Origin: an uncultured Bacteroidales bacterium
GTDB taxonomy: Bacteria; Bacteroidota; Bacteroidia; Bacteroidales; UBA10428
DNA length: 64,000 bases
Reading direction: 5' to 3'
Assembly (NCBI GenBank): GCA_964534745.1
Contig: CAZHQW010000004.1
Location: 25,376 to 89,375 of the forward strand
Part shown: positions 1 to 9,185 of the stretch, piece after piece
Position numbering within the stretch: the first letter of the stretch is position 1
Layout: the number at the start of each line of letters is the position of its first letter
Translations under genes and position numbers: made by a program
Notes under the pieces: generated by a model
Told to the model about the DNA's origin: nothing
What the model saw: only the letters and a program-made list of their open reading frames with translations
Database searches by the model: none

Positions 1-57
1 GCCAAGGATTATGACGAGACAACGATAATAAACAAATAACCAAAAGATTCTCACTTT

Positions 58-771
58 TCAGGGATTTGCAATTGAGACCGGTATTATCTTACCCCGGATA
101 TACTTATGACCGTTTATAGCAAAATCCACAATAAAACGCGCTATATCTGCGGGTTTCATCTGTGCCCTGTAACCCGGGAAAGCCTTAGCAAACATTTCAG
201 TCTGGACAGAGCCCAGGGCAAGGCAGTTGAAATATACATTGCTGTCTTTAAACTCACTGGAAAGACACTCGGTAATACTGGCAAGGGCAGCCTTGCTGGA
301 ACTGTAGTATGAAAGTCCGGAGTATTTGGAACTACCCTGGAAACCGGCCATACTGCTTATGTTCACTACATGTGTATCCCTTCCTTTACCCATGTAGGGG
401 AGCAGCTCCCTGATGAGCAGGGCAGGAACAAAAAGATTCATATCATATGTCTCCCTTGCCTCACTGTAAGATATTTCAGTAAAGGGCTTATTGATCAGCA
501 AGCCGGCGTTATTAACCACTATATCAATATGGTTAAAGTGCTTGAGGACAATGCCCGTGATGGCTGATGGATCACTCATCAGCTTTTTAAGGTCAAACGC
601 AACTGCAACCACCTTTGAGCCCGCATTCCTTTCCGCGCACATTTTCTCAAGCTGCCTCAACTTCTTTTCATTCCTCGCTATTGCGAGTATCGTGCTGTCC
701 GCGATTTCAGCAAAGAGTCCGCTCACCTCATAACCAATGCCCTGGCTTGCCCCGGTGACTATAATATTCAT
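58..771 (-). CDS. short-chain dehydrogenase/reductase (SDR)
   Basis: TGASQGIG Rossmann motif, NNAG, catalytic YSSSK, 237 aa. Confidence 0.9.
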   Translation of the reverse strand: MNIIVTGASQGIGYEVSGLFAEIADSTILAIARNEKKLRQLEKMCAERNAGSKVVAVAFDLKKLMSDPSAITGIVLKHFNHIDIVVNNAGLLINKPFTEISYSEARETYDMNLFVPALLIRELLPYMGKGRDTHVVNISSMAGFQGSSKYSGLSYYSSSKAALASITECLSSEFKDSNVYFNCLALGSVQTEMFAKAFPGYRAQMKPADIARFIVDFAINGHKYIRGKIIPVSIANP

Positions 772-874
772 CCCTGTAATAATTTTAATAATTAAATATT
801 GAAATTTGTTTTACTGTAAGTACAAAATTTAATATTTTCAACGTTGCATAGCTGTAAAAATATATACTGTAAAT

Positions 875-1495
875 ATGAATAGGTACTGCCCGAAGTTTCT
901 CATTTTAATATGTTTGCTTTTTATAAGTATTGGCGCAGCAGGCCAATATAAGAAAAATAACCAGAATTTTAAAAGATTTTTCTTCGGTGGCGACCTGTGG
1001 CTAAGCTTCGGCACAAACACTTATATCGATGTATCGCCCCTGGCAGGTTACAGGATAAGCAGGAGGCTCTCGGCAGGAGCAGGACCTATTTATATCTTTG
1101 AAATGAATAAACTTTCCTACCTCGATACAACAATAAACGGTGTTTATTATTACAGAACATACCGGATAAGGACCAGCACTTACGGCGGAAGGGTGTTCAT
1201 GAGCTATGACCTGATAACGAATCTTCATGAATATATACCCCTGAATATAGGAACTATTCTTGTACACTGTGAAAACGAGGTACTTAACCTGGAGACCTTC
1301 CTTTTAGACACATACAGCCTCAGATTATATCCATCAGGCAACAGGATATGGATTGACAATTTTCTTATAGGTGGAGGACTAAGGCAGCCCATAGGAGAAA
1401 AAGCGTCAATTTTTCTTCTTGTACTATGGGATGTTACGCAGAATGAATACTCACCTCACACCAATCCGTTTATAAGGGTCGGATTCACTTTTTAA
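875..1495 (+). CDS. hypothetical exported, probably outer-membrane beta-barrel protein
   Basis: Signal peptide, alternating aromatic/Gly strands, C-terminal RVGFTF with terminal Phe. Confidence 0.6.
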   Translation: MNRYCPKFLILICLLFISIGAAGQYKKNNQNFKRFFFGGDLWLSFGTNTYIDVSPLAGYRISRRLSAGAGPIYIFEMNKLSYLDTTINGVYYYRTYRIRTSTYGGRVFMSYDLITNLHEYIPLNIGTILVHCENEVLNLETFLLDTYSLRLYPSGNRIWIDNFLIGGGLRQPIGEKASIFLLVLWDVTQNEYSPHTNPFIRVGFTF

Positions 1496-1511
1496 TAATG
1501 GCTCCGCACAT

Positions 1512-1538
1512 AAAAAAACCCGGTAAATAATTACCGGG
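1512..1538 (-). terminator. intrinsic terminator between convergent genes
   Basis: cccggtaa-ataa-ttaccggg stem (1519-1538) with A7 at 1512-1518, giving a U-tract on the minus strand. Confidence 0.75.
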
Positions 1539-1563
1539 GCTGAAATTATTGGGTATTATTTTA

Positions 1564-2664
1564 TTATCTGAAGCTTATTCCAAGGCCTGCAGTGACATTT
1601 GAATAATTTGCATATGTGTAATCACCATGAATCGTTAATACACCGAGCTTCAGGCGCACGCCGACATTTATCCTTGGCTTTGTCGGCTTGCCGTCGTTGT
1701 TTTCAATTTCAACGCTTACAGGATCCTTTGCAACACTGTTATCAGTGACAGCCACTGTTGAAGGAGGTATATATTCGGGCACAGGATAGTTACCTGTAAG
1801 TGCCAGTTCAGTTTTAGTGTTCACAATTCCCAGTCCGCCATAGAAGCAAATAACCGGCAGGTTAGCCGATACCAGGGCGTTTATTGTAAAGCTCTTAACC
1901 GTGAGGTCAAGGCTCTGATCATCAAAGGATACTGCAGCCGTAGTCTGGTCAAATCCCGCAGTGTTGTTAATATTATCTGGAGTAACGGTCAGATTGAAAC
2001 TTGAACTGAATTTTGTATATCCGGCCATTAATGAGATGTCCAAGAAGGGAATCTTGTCAACAGCAGGTATCCACTGGCTTATGCTATGCTTCCCTCCTAT
2101 CCCCCATAATCCGAGTTTACCGTAATTGCCCAGTTCCACGTTGGGGAAAAACCTGAAATTAAATTCCGTGCCCTTGATTAGACCTAATCCTATCTGAGCC
2201 ATGGGGCTGAGCATTAGTCCCACTCCCGTTCCCTGGGGAGTACGCAGGGATGCTACCTCGTAATTCTGAACATAATATGCCAGTTCGGGCCCCGATGTGG
2301 TTTCACCTGCAACAGTAGGTGCAACAGTTGTTCCCGATGGCATATGCACATTATCAGATAATGTAAGTTCAGCCAAATCAAATGTTTTTGCTTCTTCAGG
2401 AATAAAAGAAATATTCGTTGTCAGCGTTAAATCAAAACCTAACGGTTTATGAGGCTTGGCAGTGTTATACCACCCGCCAGAGAGGCTTGTTCCCAGAGCA
2501 TTAGCCCAGGGTGTAATATATGCTTCAAGTAAGGTCCCCGCATCTGTCACTCCGCCAGCAAAAAACTCACCTACAGTCTTAATCTGTGCAGATAGGGATA
2601 CTGTAATACTTAATAATATTACAATTAAGAAACAATTCTTGCCTGATAATTTTACCCTTTTCAT
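1564..2664 (-). CDS. DUF6588-like outer-membrane protein
   Basis: Signal peptide; GGWYNTAKPHKPLGFDLT motif recalled from this Bacteroidota family; C-terminal GLGISFR strand. Confidence 0.6.
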   Translation of the reverse strand: MKRVKLSGKNCFLIVILLSITVSLSAQIKTVGEFFAGGVTDAGTLLEAYITPWANALGTSLSGGWYNTAKPHKPLGFDLTLTTNISFIPEEAKTFDLAELTLSDNVHMPSGTTVAPTVAGETTSGPELAYYVQNYEVASLRTPQGTGVGLMLSPMAQIGLGLIKGTEFNFRFFPNVELGNYGKLGLWGIGGKHSISQWIPAVDKIPFLDISLMAGYTKFSSSFNLTVTPDNINNTAGFDQTTAAVSFDDQSLDLTVKSFTINALVSANLPVICFYGGLGIVNTKTELALTGNYPVPEYIPPSTVAVTDNSVAKDPVSVEIENNDGKPTKPRINVGVRLKLGVLTIHGDYTYANYSNVTAGLGISFR

Positions 2665-2874
2665 AGTTTATTGATTTGGTTAGTAATTGTCAAAATTTTT
2701 AATTTTATAATACAAATTACAAAAATTAATTCTTAATTAACATTTCCTGATACGTAATTATTATATCAAAGTTATAAACATGAGTAATAATCTGCTAATT
2801 ATCAGCACTTATATTGACAGCGATGTAACTTAAATAAAAACAGGATAAATCTTTTTATAAAATAAATAAGATAC

Positions 2875-2882
2875 TATATTTG
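2875..2882 (+). promoter_or_regulatory. Bacteroidota -7 promoter box for tRNA-Lys
   Basis: TATATTTG matches TAnnTTTG, ending 18 nt before the tRNA. Confidence 0.7.
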
Positions 2883-2900
2883 CAACGCTTTTAAAAAGCC

Positions 2901-2973
2901 GATTCTGTAGCTCAGCAGGTAGAGCACATCCCTTTTAAGGATGGGGTCCTGGGTTCGACTCCCAGCAGGATCA
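2901..2973 (+). tRNA. trnK: tRNA-Lys (anticodon TTT)
   Basis: Acceptor GATTCTG/CAGGATC, D-arm gctcagcaggtagagc, anticodon arm catcc-cTTTtaa-ggatg, T-arm ctggg-ttcgact-cccag; CCA not encoded. Confidence 0.95.
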
Positions 2974-2974
2974 C

Positions 2975-3111
2975 AAAAGGGGGACAGCGCCCTGGGGACT
3001 GTACCCGAATGGGGGCTGTCCCCTTTTTTGGGGGCTGTCTCTTTTTTTTATTATATTGCGTCAAAACTGGTATTGTAATGTTATTGAAAATATGGGCGCT
3101 GTCCCTCTTTT
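2975..3111. repeat. nested inverted/direct repeat cluster (REP- or MITE-like); proximal hairpin could terminate the tRNA
   Basis: Arm aaaagggggacagcgccc (2975-2992) matches the reverse complement of 3094-3111 at 17/18; tandem 19-mers gggggctgtc(c/t)cttttttt at 3011-3029 and 3030-3048 are also partly complementary to that arm. Confidence 0.75.
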
Positions 3112-4661
3112 TACTTCTGCTGGCATGTGTTCAGCCATTTGCCCAGAACTGGATTCCTGACCTCGGAAACGGTAAATATAAGAACCCCGTGATCTATGCA
3201 GATTATTCCGATCCTGATGTCATCATGGCAGATAACAGTTTCTATATGGTGGCATCAAGCTTTAACTGTATGCCAGGCATACCGGTACTGAAATCAGGGG
3301 ACCTGGTGAACTGGACAATAATAGGCCATGTTTATGACAGCCTTCCGTTCGAAAAATACAACAAATCCGCACACGGCCAGGGTTCATGGGCCCCGTCAGT
3401 ACGTTACCACAACGGGTTTTTCTATGTGTATTTCTGTACCCCTCATGAGGGCCTTTTTATGGCCAAAGCAAAAGATCCCGCGGGCCCCTGGGAACTGAAC
3501 CATATTGTTGATGTTGAGATGTGGGAGGATCCCTGTCCCTTATGGGACGATGACAGCAGCGCCTATATTGTCAGGAGCAAGCTGGGAGGTGATATCCTGT
3601 ATCTGCACCGCATGAGCGAAGACGGAATGAAGCTGCTGGATAACGGCACCGTAATATTCCATAATGAAGATGAGCATCCTATAATTGAAGGTCCCAAATT
3701 CCTGAAAAGAGAAGGCTATTATTATATTTTTGCACCTGCGGGGGGAGTTAGGCAGGGATGGCAGACCGTATTGCGATCTGAAAATATTTACGGGCCCTAT
3801 GAGTCAAAAGTGGTTTTGCATAAGGGCAGCACCAACATCAACGGACCCCACCAGGGAGGTATTGTCAGCACAAAATCCGGTGAGTGGTGGTTTCTGCATT
3901 TTCAGGACATGAGAGCCTATGGCCGCATTGTCCATTTGCAGCCTGTAAGGTGGGAAGACGGCTGGCCCCTCATGGGTGTTGATATTGACGGTGACAGCAT
4001 AGGTGAACCTGTTTCAGAATACACCAAGCCTCTTACAGACCGCCAGTACGAAATTGCAGTGCCCCTGACAACAGATGAATTTAATGCCGGCGCACCCGGA
4101 CTGCAATGGCAATGGCATGCCAATCCCAGCAAGAGCTGGTACTCCATGTCGGATAATCCGGGCTGTCTCAGGCTTTATGCCGTGCAAAACTTATCACAGG
4201 AGGGCAACCTTTGGTTTGCGCCAAACCTGCTGCTGCAAAAGTTTCCCGCCCCTACCTTTGAGGTTACTGCAAGGATTATCTTCAATCCCGGCAGCCATCG
4301 TGAAAAAGGAGGAATTGCAATAATGGGGAAGGAATGGGCCTTTATTGCCCTTGAAAAAGCGGAACACGGCATGCAGCTCGTAATGTACAGGGGCGAGTAT
4401 AACAGGCATAATAACATCTCACAGAAAATGGATTCCATAGACATACAGAATAATAGCTGCTACCTGAAGATTAAGGTCGACACAAATGCCCTTTGTACAT
4501 TCTTATACAGTCAGGATAACATTAACTTCACCCCTCTGGGAAAGGAATTCCCTGCCAGTGAGGGAATATGGATTGGTGCCAAAATAGGATTGTTCTGCAT
4601 AAATCCCAATATCACTGAAAGCAAAGGATATGCCGATTTCGACTGGTTCAGGTTTGAATAA
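3078..4661 (+). CDS. glycoside hydrolase family 43 (beta-xylosidase/arabinofuranosidase type)
   Basis: NPVIYADYSDPDVI, WAPSVRYH, WEDPCP, IEGPKF, WQW..NP, C-terminal WIGAKIGLF..ADFDWF; start moved to ATG 3078, which gives a signal peptide. Confidence 0.9.
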   Translation: MLLKIWALSLFLLLLACVQPFAQNWIPDLGNGKYKNPVIYADYSDPDVIMADNSFYMVASSFNCMPGIPVLKSGDLVNWTIIGHVYDSLPFEKYNKSAHGQGSWAPSVRYHNGFFYVYFCTPHEGLFMAKAKDPAGPWELNHIVDVEMWEDPCPLWDDDSSAYIVRSKLGGDILYLHRMSEDGMKLLDNGTVIFHNEDEHPIIEGPKFLKREGYYYIFAPAGGVRQGWQTVLRSENIYGPYESKVVLHKGSTNINGPHQGGIVSTKSGEWWFLHFQDMRAYGRIVHLQPVRWEDGWPLMGVDIDGDSIGEPVSEYTKPLTDRQYEIAVPLTTDEFNAGAPGLQWQWHANPSKSWYSMSDNPGCLRLYAVQNLSQEGNLWFAPNLLLQKFPAPTFEVTARIIFNPGSHREKGGIAIMGKEWAFIALEKAEHGMQLVMYRGEYNRHNNISQKMDSIDIQNNSCYLKIKVDTNALCTFLYSQDNINFTPLGKEFPASEGIWIGAKIGLFCINPNITESKGYADFDWFRFE

Positions 4662-4742
4662 TAATACTCCACTGCAATATTATATTTTACTTTTTTTATT
4701 ACTTTTAGCCCTTTTAAAATTTACATTAATTCCCTGGACATA

Positions 4743-6899
4743 ATGACTTCACATATCACCAAAAAAATGACAGGCATCATTTGCCTTGCACTTTTTCTTA
4801 ATGCCTGGAATGTAAAAGGACAAACCTATTATTTGCATCACAATACTCCTTTCAAATATATGGCAGCTATGGAAGAGCCTGATTCCAACTGGTATATGCC
4901 CGGTTTTGACGACTCTTCATGGCCCCAGGATACGGGCCTGGTCGGATTCGGATATGATAACCAGGATGTAACCATTGATAACAGCGCCGCCTCCCTTTAC
5001 CTGAGATACAGGTTCAATGTTACAGACAAATCCAGGGTTGAGGAAATTAACATCTCCTGTAACTATGACGACGGCTACGTGGCATACCTTAACGGGAAAA
5101 AAGTAATAAGCGTTAATGTAAGCGATACTGTTGATGCTCCTGCCTACAACGATGTTACAGTAAGGTCACATGAACAGGAATTCCAGCAATTCCCCGTACT
5201 GGGCTATTATTTTAACCAGCCCCGGCTCGATTCGCTCCTCGTGGACGGACAGAACACCTTTGCCGTACATGTGCTTAATGATACCATAGGCGGTTCGGAC
5301 CTTTTTTTCATGACTTATATGTATAACATCACAGGCATATACTTTAACCTATACAGCAATGCCTTCAGATACAAAAGGCAGGTCAGCCTCGATTCGACCC
5401 TGTTCCCTATAGTTATCATAAATACAGATGAATTTGGTTTACCTTATAAGAACATAAGAAGAAAAGCATATATGGATATTATTGATAACGGGCCCGGCAA
5501 GTACAATAAGCCCTCCGACACGGCCAATGTGTATTCGGGGGATGTATCAATTGAAGTAAGGGGTGAATCGTCAGCCGAATTCCAGAAACGTTCATACAGG
5601 TTCGAAACCATTATCTCTATAGATACGCTGGAAATAGATACTAATGTAGTGCTTCTGGGTATGCCTGCGGATGATGACTGGATATTGCTGGGGCCTTTTC
5701 ATGACAAGGCACAGTTCCGTAACAGCATGATTTTCGATCTCGGCCGCAGGCTCGGCAGTTACCAGGTGCGCAGCAAATACTGCGAATTGATTATGAACGG
5801 TGAGTTTGTCGGTCTCTATTGCCTGTGCGAAAATATAAAAAGGCATCCGCAAAGGGTTAATATTGCAAGGCTTCGTGAAACGGAGATCTCGGGCATAGAT
5901 GTGACGGGAGGTTATATAATGAGACTGGACAAAGACTATAGCGGTGTGCAGATAGTATACCCCAAGGCAGATAATATACAGCCCGAGCAAACTGAATATA
6001 TCTATTCATTCCTGGATACGTTTGCGGCCGTTCTTTACAGCAACTATTTTACAGATCCCGACTCGGGAATCAGGAAATATATGAGCGACACATCCCTGGT
6101 GGATTACCTGGTGATGAATGAGATTACCAAGAATGCCGACGCATACCTGTTCAGCACATACTTTTATAAGGACAGGGCCGATATAGACAACAGGATAAAA
6201 TTCGGCCCCCTGTGGGACTATGACCTGGCTTTCGGAAATACAACATTCCAGGAAGGTAATTTAACATACGGATGGCAGTTTGATTTCAATAACCGCCTGC
6301 CTGTGACCCGTATTCTTCAGGATGTTGCCGTTGTAGATCTGTTCAGGGACCGCTGGCATGAACTGAGGCAGGGCATGCTGCATACCGACTCGATTTTTGC
6401 ACTTATTGACTCCATTGTAGACTATATACATGAGCCTGTCCAGCGTAATTATGAAGTATGGCCGGTCATAGACAAACCCTTGTTTTTTCCTAACTATGTA
6501 TCAGAAACCTATGAAGAAGAAATACTTAATATCAAAAACTGGCTTACCGACCGACTGCAGTGGATAGACGAGAATATTGACGATTTGTATTATCCTGTGG
6601 ATATTTATAGCAGTTCAAACAATAAAGCAGCGGCAGAATATATGGGGTTTGAGGCATATCCAAATCCCTTCTCCGGTGAATTATCACTTTGCTTTAATAG
6701 TTCATACTCGGGTGATCTGAAAATCCAGTTCCGCAATCTTCTCGGGCAGATGAATCTCGAAATTATCACACCCATAACACAGGGTTACAGGGAAATAAAA
6801 CTTGATAGCCGTATCGCGGATATACCTCCGGGAGTATATATAATAAGCGTCACATTGAACTCCAGGATAATCGGCATAAAGAAACTTTTAAAGAAATAA
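4743..6899 (+). CDS. CotH kinase family protein with N-terminal beta-sandwich and T9SS C-terminal sorting domain
   Basis: RGESS..F.KRSY, GPLWDYDLAFGN, W...RL.WID; CTD YPNPF...GVYII. Confidence 0.85.
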   Translation: MTSHITKKMTGIICLALFLNAWNVKGQTYYLHHNTPFKYMAAMEEPDSNWYMPGFDDSSWPQDTGLVGFGYDNQDVTIDNSAASLYLRYRFNVTDKSRVEEINISCNYDDGYVAYLNGKKVISVNVSDTVDAPAYNDVTVRSHEQEFQQFPVLGYYFNQPRLDSLLVDGQNTFAVHVLNDTIGGSDLFFMTYMYNITGIYFNLYSNAFRYKRQVSLDSTLFPIVIINTDEFGLPYKNIRRKAYMDIIDNGPGKYNKPSDTANVYSGDVSIEVRGESSAEFQKRSYRFETIISIDTLEIDTNVVLLGMPADDDWILLGPFHDKAQFRNSMIFDLGRRLGSYQVRSKYCELIMNGEFVGLYCLCENIKRHPQRVNIARLRETEISGIDVTGGYIMRLDKDYSGVQIVYPKADNIQPEQTEYIYSFLDTFAAVLYSNYFTDPDSGIRKYMSDTSLVDYLVMNEITKNADAYLFSTYFYKDRADIDNRIKFGPLWDYDLAFGNTTFQEGNLTYGWQFDFNNRLPVTRILQDVAVVDLFRDRWHELRQGMLHTDSIFALIDSIVDYIHEPVQRNYEVWPVIDKPLFFPNYVSETYEEEILNIKNWLTDRLQWIDENIDDLYYPVDIYSSSNNKAAAEYMGFEAYPNPFSGELSLCFNSSYSGDLKIQFRNLLGQMNLEIITPITQGYREIKLDSRIADIPPGVYIISVTLNSRIIGIKKLLKK

Positions 6900-6918
6900 A
6901 TTATTCAGTCCGTATAAT

Positions 6919-6954
6919 ACATCCGAAGTCCGATTTTCGGCTTCAGGCGGATGT
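6919..6954. terminator. compound hairpin after cotH (terminator or REP-like)
   Basis: acatccg/cggatgt outer stem around a gaag-t-ccga-ttt-tcgg-cttc inner stem. Confidence 0.5.
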
Positions 6955-6994
6955 TTAAGTTATTCCTGCCGGTGATAAACAATACTGTAATAAA

Positions 6995-7029
6995 TGATGT
7001 AAATCATACTGGTCTGATGATGTATATCA
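6995..7029. promoter_or_regulatory. two tandem FNR/CRP-type boxes
   Basis: TGAT-gtaa-ATCA (6995-7006) and TGAT-gtat-ATCA (7018-7029), centres 23 bp apart. Confidence 0.65.
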
Positions 7030-7097
7030 CCCTTTAATACTTGACTTCTAGGTGTTTTTTATAGTAGTTTTATTCTTTGAAAACAAACTGCACTACT

Positions 7098-7316
7098 ATG
7101 GAATCAATCGTTCAAACCCCAGCTCAGAAGCTTAAAAAAAACAAATGCTTTTCAGGAGACGAACTGGAAAGTTTGGGAATATTTCCGACAAACCTGCAGT
7201 GCTTCACTTTTTACCATTATGTGCTGTATCAGAAAGAGAACAAAAGAATAATTCTTAAACCTCTGCCCCACAATCTGTTCAAGGTAATCAGAGTATATGA
7301 TTTTATAAGCGCCTGA
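7098..7316 (+). CDS. hypothetical small protein (73 aa incl. Met start at 7098 to stop)
   Basis: Fills an otherwise empty gap, ATG at 7098, downstream of the TF boxes; no family recognised. Confidence 0.55.
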   Translation: MESIVQTPAQKLKKNKCFSGDELESLGIFPTNLQCFTFYHYVLYQKENKRIILKPLPHNLFKVIRVYDFISA

Positions 7317-7359
7317 TACTTTTCACACAAGCTCTCATTTATTTTATTCATTTAAAGCA

Positions 7360-7367
7360 TATCTTTG
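7360..7367 (+). promoter_or_regulatory. Bacteroidota -7 promoter box
   Basis: TATCTTTG ending 6 nt before ATG 7374. Confidence 0.6.
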
Positions 7368-7373
7368 CTTTAT

Positions 7374-7832
7374 ATGAATAAAAAGTCCAACAGGTACCTG
7401 AGAATATACCAGCAAATCAAAAAAATCTTCAAGAACACGGATGATTTAACAGCCCGCATGGCAACAATAAATGCCCTGCTGTATCACAAGATGCCCGGCT
7501 TCTTCTGGGCAGGTTTTTATTTGCTAAAAGAAGGAAGGCTGGTCGCAGGTCCTTACCAGGGTCCCCTGGCATGCACAGAGCTTGAAAAAAATAAGGGTGT
7601 GTGCTGGGCTGCAATTAATTCGGGAAAAACAATCATAGTGCCGGATGTAAACAAATTTGAGGGACATATTGCATGCAGCAGGCTTTCAAATTCCGAAATT
7701 GCTGTCCCTGTAAAAAATATGATTAATGAAGTGAAAGGAGTACTCGATATTGACAGTAAAAAGTTAAACAACTTTGACGGTACTGATTCTATAGAGCTGG
7801 AAAAGATTGTTGGTCTGCTTTATAATGTTTAG
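7374..7832 (+). CDS. msrC: GAF-domain free methionine-R-sulfoxide reductase (fRMsr)
   Basis: WAGFYL, GPYQGPLAC, GVC, GHIAC...SEIAVP, VLDIDS; three family Cys present. Confidence 0.8.
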   Translation: MNKKSNRYLRIYQQIKKIFKNTDDLTARMATINALLYHKMPGFFWAGFYLLKEGRLVAGPYQGPLACTELEKNKGVCWAAINSGKTIIVPDVNKFEGHIACSRLSNSEIAVPVKNMINEVKGVLDIDSKKLNNFDGTDSIELEKIVGLLYNV

Positions 7833-7854
7833 ATAATACAGGCGGATGCTCCAA

Positions 7855-8226
7855 TCACTTTTTGATAAAAGCTTCAAGCATATTCATAATCTTCTGCACT
7901 GAGTATGGCTTGGTCAGCAACTGATCAAAACCCACGTCTTTATAATTATCGAAGAATATCTTTGGATTATGTGCCGTGAGCGCCACAATAGGTATGTTAT
8001 TTTTGGGAGGTACCATCATTCGCCTTATATGCCTCGTTGCTTCAATACCATTCATCACAGGCATTTCGATATCCATCAGTATCAGGTTAATATCATCATT
8101 TGTCATCAGTGACTCGATAGCTATCTTGCCATTCTCAGCTTCGAGATGTTCGTGGCCCAGATCCTCAACTATTTCTGATAACAATAACCTGTTTGTAAAA
8201 ATATCGTCCGTTATTAGGATTTTCAT
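7855..8226 (-). CDS. single-domain response regulator (REC)
   Basis: ITDD, ILMDIEMPVMNG, ALTA, TKP. Confidence 0.92.
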   Translation of the reverse strand: MKILITDDIFTNRLLLSEIVEDLGHEHLEAENGKIAIESLMTNDDINLILMDIEMPVMNGIEATRHIRRMMVPPKNNIPIVALTAHNPKIFFDNYKDVGFDQLLTKPYSVQKIMNMLEAFIKK

Positions 8227-8252
8227 TTTTTGCCAGTATTAATTATTAATAT

Positions 8253-8930
8253 TCAGCCCAACTGACTGAGGGTTTTGATTATATTTATACTGTTTATTGT
8301 AACCCTGGCACCCTCCAGATTTATTATCTTATCATGTTTAAACTCAGCCAGGGTCCTTATAAAGCTCTCCTTGGTCGTACCCGCCAGTTCTGCAAGTTCC
8401 TTCCTGGTAAAAGGGAATTCGAATTCATCGCTTTTATACAGTATTTCCGAGAAATACAATATGACATCTGCAATACGGCCAGGCAGCTGTTTATGGGACT
8501 GACTCATTAGCCTTTCAAAGATGAACAGTCCGTCATTACTGATAAGGCTTATGATCTTTAGTGTAAACTCCCCGTTAGTCTTAAGTACCTTATTAAAAAC
8601 ATCGATATCAATAAAACATATTTCCGACGGATGAATTGCTGAAGCCGAATACTGGTGCATATCTCCACCGTAAATGGACATAAGCCCCAGAAAATCGTCA
8701 GGCATAGCTATTCTCAGAATTATATACTTGTTGTTCCTTCCTTCCTTGAATATTTTAATCAGTCCGGACTTAACAAACATTATGTGGGATGTGCGGGTAT
8801 TCTGCCTGAATATAACTTCCTTTTTATCATATTTCACAACATTGCTATGTTGCAAAATTTCTTCAACCTCTTCCTCACCGAGACAACTGCTAAACGGTAT
8901 TACATAACCTTTATCACTAATTACGACCAT
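8253..8930 (-). CDS. Crp/Fnr family transcriptional regulator
   Basis: cNMP-binding-fold barrel, GRIA, HTH TRKELAELAGTTKESFIRTL. Confidence 0.92.
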   Translation of the reverse strand: MVVISDKGYVIPFSSCLGEEEVEEILQHSNVVKYDKKEVIFRQNTRTSHIMFVKSGLIKIFKEGRNNKYIILRIAMPDDFLGLMSIYGGDMHQYSASAIHPSEICFIDIDVFNKVLKTNGEFTLKIISLISNDGLFIFERLMSQSHKQLPGRIADVILYFSEILYKSDEFEFPFTRKELAELAGTTKESFIRTLAEFKHDKIINLEGARVTINSINIIKTLSQLG

Positions 8931-8997
8931 AATGATATATCTAATAACTTTAAATAAATATAATAAAAATTGTTGACTGATTAAAATATTTAATTAA

Positions 8998-9023
8998 AAA
9001 AAGGTGATATATATCACCTTTTT
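8998..9023. promoter_or_regulatory. perfect 26-bp palindrome containing an FNR-type box
   Basis: aaaaaggTGATatatATCAccttttt between the divergent crp/fnr and REC genes. Confidence 0.75.
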
Positions 9024-9185
9024 CAGTGCATTCCCCTGTATTGAGCCAGAATATGGCTAAGGGGCCAGATTATTTGCCAATATTTACTATGGCTTTGCCA
9101 ATTATATAATATTTTTATATGTATTTGGTTTTATATATTAAATTTTTTATAACTTTAATATAACATAATTGAGGGGCTGAAAGTA

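Noticed and set aside
2950-2973. att-type duplication of the tRNA-Lys 3' end
   Set aside because: No second copy noticed by eye and no integrase in the window
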